A DNA stretch of 64,000 nucleotides from Pseudomonadota bacterium (GTDB taxonomy: Bacteria; Myxococcota_A; UBA9042). Under the pieces are notes generated by a model. The model was not told the DNA's origin. It worked only from the letters and a program-made list of their open reading frames with translations, and ran no database searches. The DNA lies in the NCBI GenBank assembly GCA_041163625.1, contig JBEARB010000253.1, forward strand, positions 11,034 through 75,033. Reading direction: 5' to 3'. Both the position numbers and the translations under genes were made by a program. This document shows, one piece after another, positions 62,339 through 64,000 of the stretch; within the stretch, counting starts at the first letter, position 1, and every line of letters starts with the position of its first letter.

Positions 62339-64000
62339 ATGGCTATCCACTATCGAGTTTCTCCACTTCGAAGCCTCGCAACTATCGCCCTAACTCAGAT
62401 TCTAATTGGGTGTGGCGACGGAGGAGCGGGCGAGAAGGCAACCGCAAACGTAGCTGTGAAATGTGAGTCGGGTAGTGCAAAACTGCTGCGTTCTCAAGCG
62501 ATCCCGACGGCATGTTCCGCCACAGATCGAAAGAATGCGGGAGCGTTGGGTCCTCTCGTTGAGAACGAAGGTCTATGGTACCAAGGGCAGCAATGGTTTC
62601 ATTACCGTCAAGGATGCCGATCCTTCGAGGCCCGCCCGTCGGAGGACACAAGCGAGCTGATTGTCGAAGAGTTCGAGTCCGGGGAACCAAGGATCGTGCG
62701 AAGAGAAGTTGGTCGACTCCCGTTGCAGCGCCGCTCGGTGAAGTTTGCGCCCGGGGCTGGCGCTTCAAGCTACTTCGGCATGGGCTCGTATTCCCTGCCG
62801 GTGGTGATTCGCCTCTCTGCGAACACCGTCCTCCTGCCTCTCTGCCGTGTGTTCGGTTCACATGACGCGCCGAGCAACCGTTTCGACTTCGTCGGCCAAC
62901 AGTTCGTGGTGATTGATCATGGATCGGACCCTCCAGCGCTTCGGGAAGTTAGCGGCAAGGGTCTGGAGTTCGATGGAATTTGTGTGAGCGCCGTCGGCGT
63001 ACGAGACGGAGTCGCATCCGCGCTGTTGGCGATTCAGGTTCACCCGGATACTCCGAGCGCCGAGGCTGCTCCCCCCAGCGGAGGCACGCTGCACGGACTC
63101 CATGTCGATATCGTTCGTGTTGAACGAGCGGGAACGGAATTCGTCGCCAAGCGCTTGGGCGTGTTGCCGCCCGCGTGGAAGGACGTGCGAGCGATTTCGC
63201 GCCGGGGCCAGGAAGCGCTTCTGGTAGGCTACCGTAGCAAGAGTGACGACACGACTGTTGTTGGGCCGGAAGCCAAGTCCATCTCGCTCACATTGAAGTT
63301 CGCTGCGCTCCGATCATCAGGTGACTTGGTTGAGATTGGGGCTGGGTCTGAGGGGACCTGGCAAGTGAATGCATTGATGCGCTGCACAGACCCAGCATGG
63401 TTCTGCGGCTACGAAATAGGTCCAACTTTCGCGGGGTCGGCAGTTGGCAAGGGGAGCCTCAAACTGAACCTCCGCAACGAGCTTCGTGTTCATGCAAGGA
63501 GTGTCCAGGCAGCCTCTGCCGAAGTTGGGCAGGTTAACGAAGGGCATGTTGGCTTCCTGACAAGGGCAGAACAGCAGTTTCCCCAAGGATTTCACGCTTG
63601 GGATGCAGTGACCCCACCTGTGGCGACGGCCGACCCCGGGAAACTTGACGCATGGCTCGAACCCGGTTGCACTAGGACAAATTCCTACTTTTTCCAGCCA
63701 GTCACCTTGCCCTCGGGAGAGCTCCTCCTCTTCGCTGTTGTGCGGGCCAAGCCCGAATCATGCTCCGGCGTGTTTGCCATCCGGATGACTCACCACGGTT
63801 CGATTCGGTGGCTAAAGCGCTTGCCTCTCTCAGCGAGCACGGCCTGGGGCGAAATCCGCTACGTCCCGGAGGTGGACGCATCCGGCTTCGTATGGTGGGG
63901 GCCGACCTCCTTTCTTGCGCCGTTCGCGGTCACCGACCCGGTCGACATTTCCGCATGTGGCGGTCTCGGCTGGGACGGCTGCAGCGACGGCAACGCCTGC
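62339..64000 (+). CDS. Lipoprotein, partial (3' end beyond the window).
   Basis: My own translation from ATG 62339 gives MAIHYRVSPLRSLATIALTQILIGCGDGG (lipobox). The frame is open to the window end and finishes …ACGGLGWDGCSDGNAC. It is not in the ORF track because no stop falls inside the window. Confidence 0.5.
   Translation, partial: MAIHYRVSPLRSLATIALTQILIGCGDGGAGEKATANVAVKCESGSAKLLRSQAIPTACSATDRKNAGALGPLVENEGLWYQGQQWFHYRQGCRSFEARPSEDTSELIVEEFESGEPRIVRREVGRLPLQRRSVKFAPGAGASSYFGMGSYSLPVVIRLSANTVLLPLCRVFGSHDAPSNRFDFVGQQFVVIDHGSDPPALREVSGKGLEFDGICVSAVGVRDGVASALLAIQVHPDTPSAEAAPPSGGTLHGLHVDIVRVERAGTEFVAKRLGVLPPAWKDVRAISRRGQEALLVGYRSKSDDTTVVGPEAKSISLTLKFAALRSSGDLVEIGAGSEGTWQVNALMRCTDPAWFCGYEIGPTFAGSAVGKGSLKLNLRNELRVHARSVQAASAEVGQVNEGHVGFLTRAEQQFPQGFHAWDAVTPPVATADPGKLDAWLEPGCTRTNSYFFQPVTLPSGELLLFAVVRAKPESCSGVFAIRMTHHGSIRWLKRLPLSASTAWGEIRYVPEVDASGFVWWGPTSFLAPFAVTDPVDISACGGLGWDGCSDGNAC

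Noticed and set aside
1-64000. Search for tRNA/rRNA genes, CRISPR arrays, transposases or integrases
   Set aside because: No conserved T-loop or anticodon-stem patterns, no regularly spaced direct repeats with unique spacers, and no DDE or tyrosine-recombinase-like ORFs were seen. The only tandem repeats found are the short ones listed above.

Overview
This 64-kb window is about 70% GC and looks like a Myxococcota (myxobacterial) chromosome. Supporting features are a FrzS-like pseudo-receiver/coiled-coil protein, a membrane Ser/Thr kinase, a SpoIID/LytB protein, myxococcus-type cysteine-rich repeat proteins and many lipoproteins whose lipobox Cys is followed by D/G/S/T-rich linkers. The first ~24 kb is ordinary core genome (all minus strand): a TPR/HExxH protease (partial), an NTF2-like lipoprotein, an extensin-like protein, etfB-etfA, a Cys-rich protein, an O-antigen-ligase/TPR membrane protein, transaldolase and an STPK. 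On the plus strand there follow SpoIID/LytB, a lipoprotein, a HutF-like amidohydrolase, a disrupted Cys-rich repeat gene and a 1451-aa membrane protein. The FrzS-like gene (minus strand) follows. Positions 25.3-35.6 kb hold two adjacent giant lipoproteins (2149 and 1235 aa) that share an N-terminal array of ~35-aa Cys-rich modules but have different C-terminal regions, a polymorphic-toxin-like layout. Positions 35.6-44.6 kb hold a plsC-like/alpha-beta-hydrolase/GNAT operon, a Cys-rich lipoprotein, and an operon of a nucleotidyltransferase-like protein plus two B12-binding radical SAM enzymes, followed by a small low-GC Cys-containing ORF. Positions 44.6-46.3 kb are a degraded scar with gene fragments. 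Next come sthA and a MacB/Lol-like ABC export cluster (two FtsX permeases, a LolA-like protein, an outer-membrane barrel, an ATPase, a small membrane protein). From ~57 kb to the window end lies an accessory island whose GC drops to ~55-60%. It holds a toxin-antitoxin-like two-gene cassette inserted between ~126-bp direct repeats that duplicate the 3' end of a lipoprotein gene, a Fic-family gene, three co-oriented hypothetical genes (two translationally coupled) and a partial lipoprotein. This island is my best candidate for an undescribed (possibly defense-type) system. The twin giant lipoproteins and the radical SAM operon are the other high-value targets. No rRNA, tRNA, CRISPR array or transposase was recognisable. 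The supplied ORF track counts GTG (and possibly other non-ATG) codons as starts, and many long GC-rich antisense ORFs in it are artefacts.
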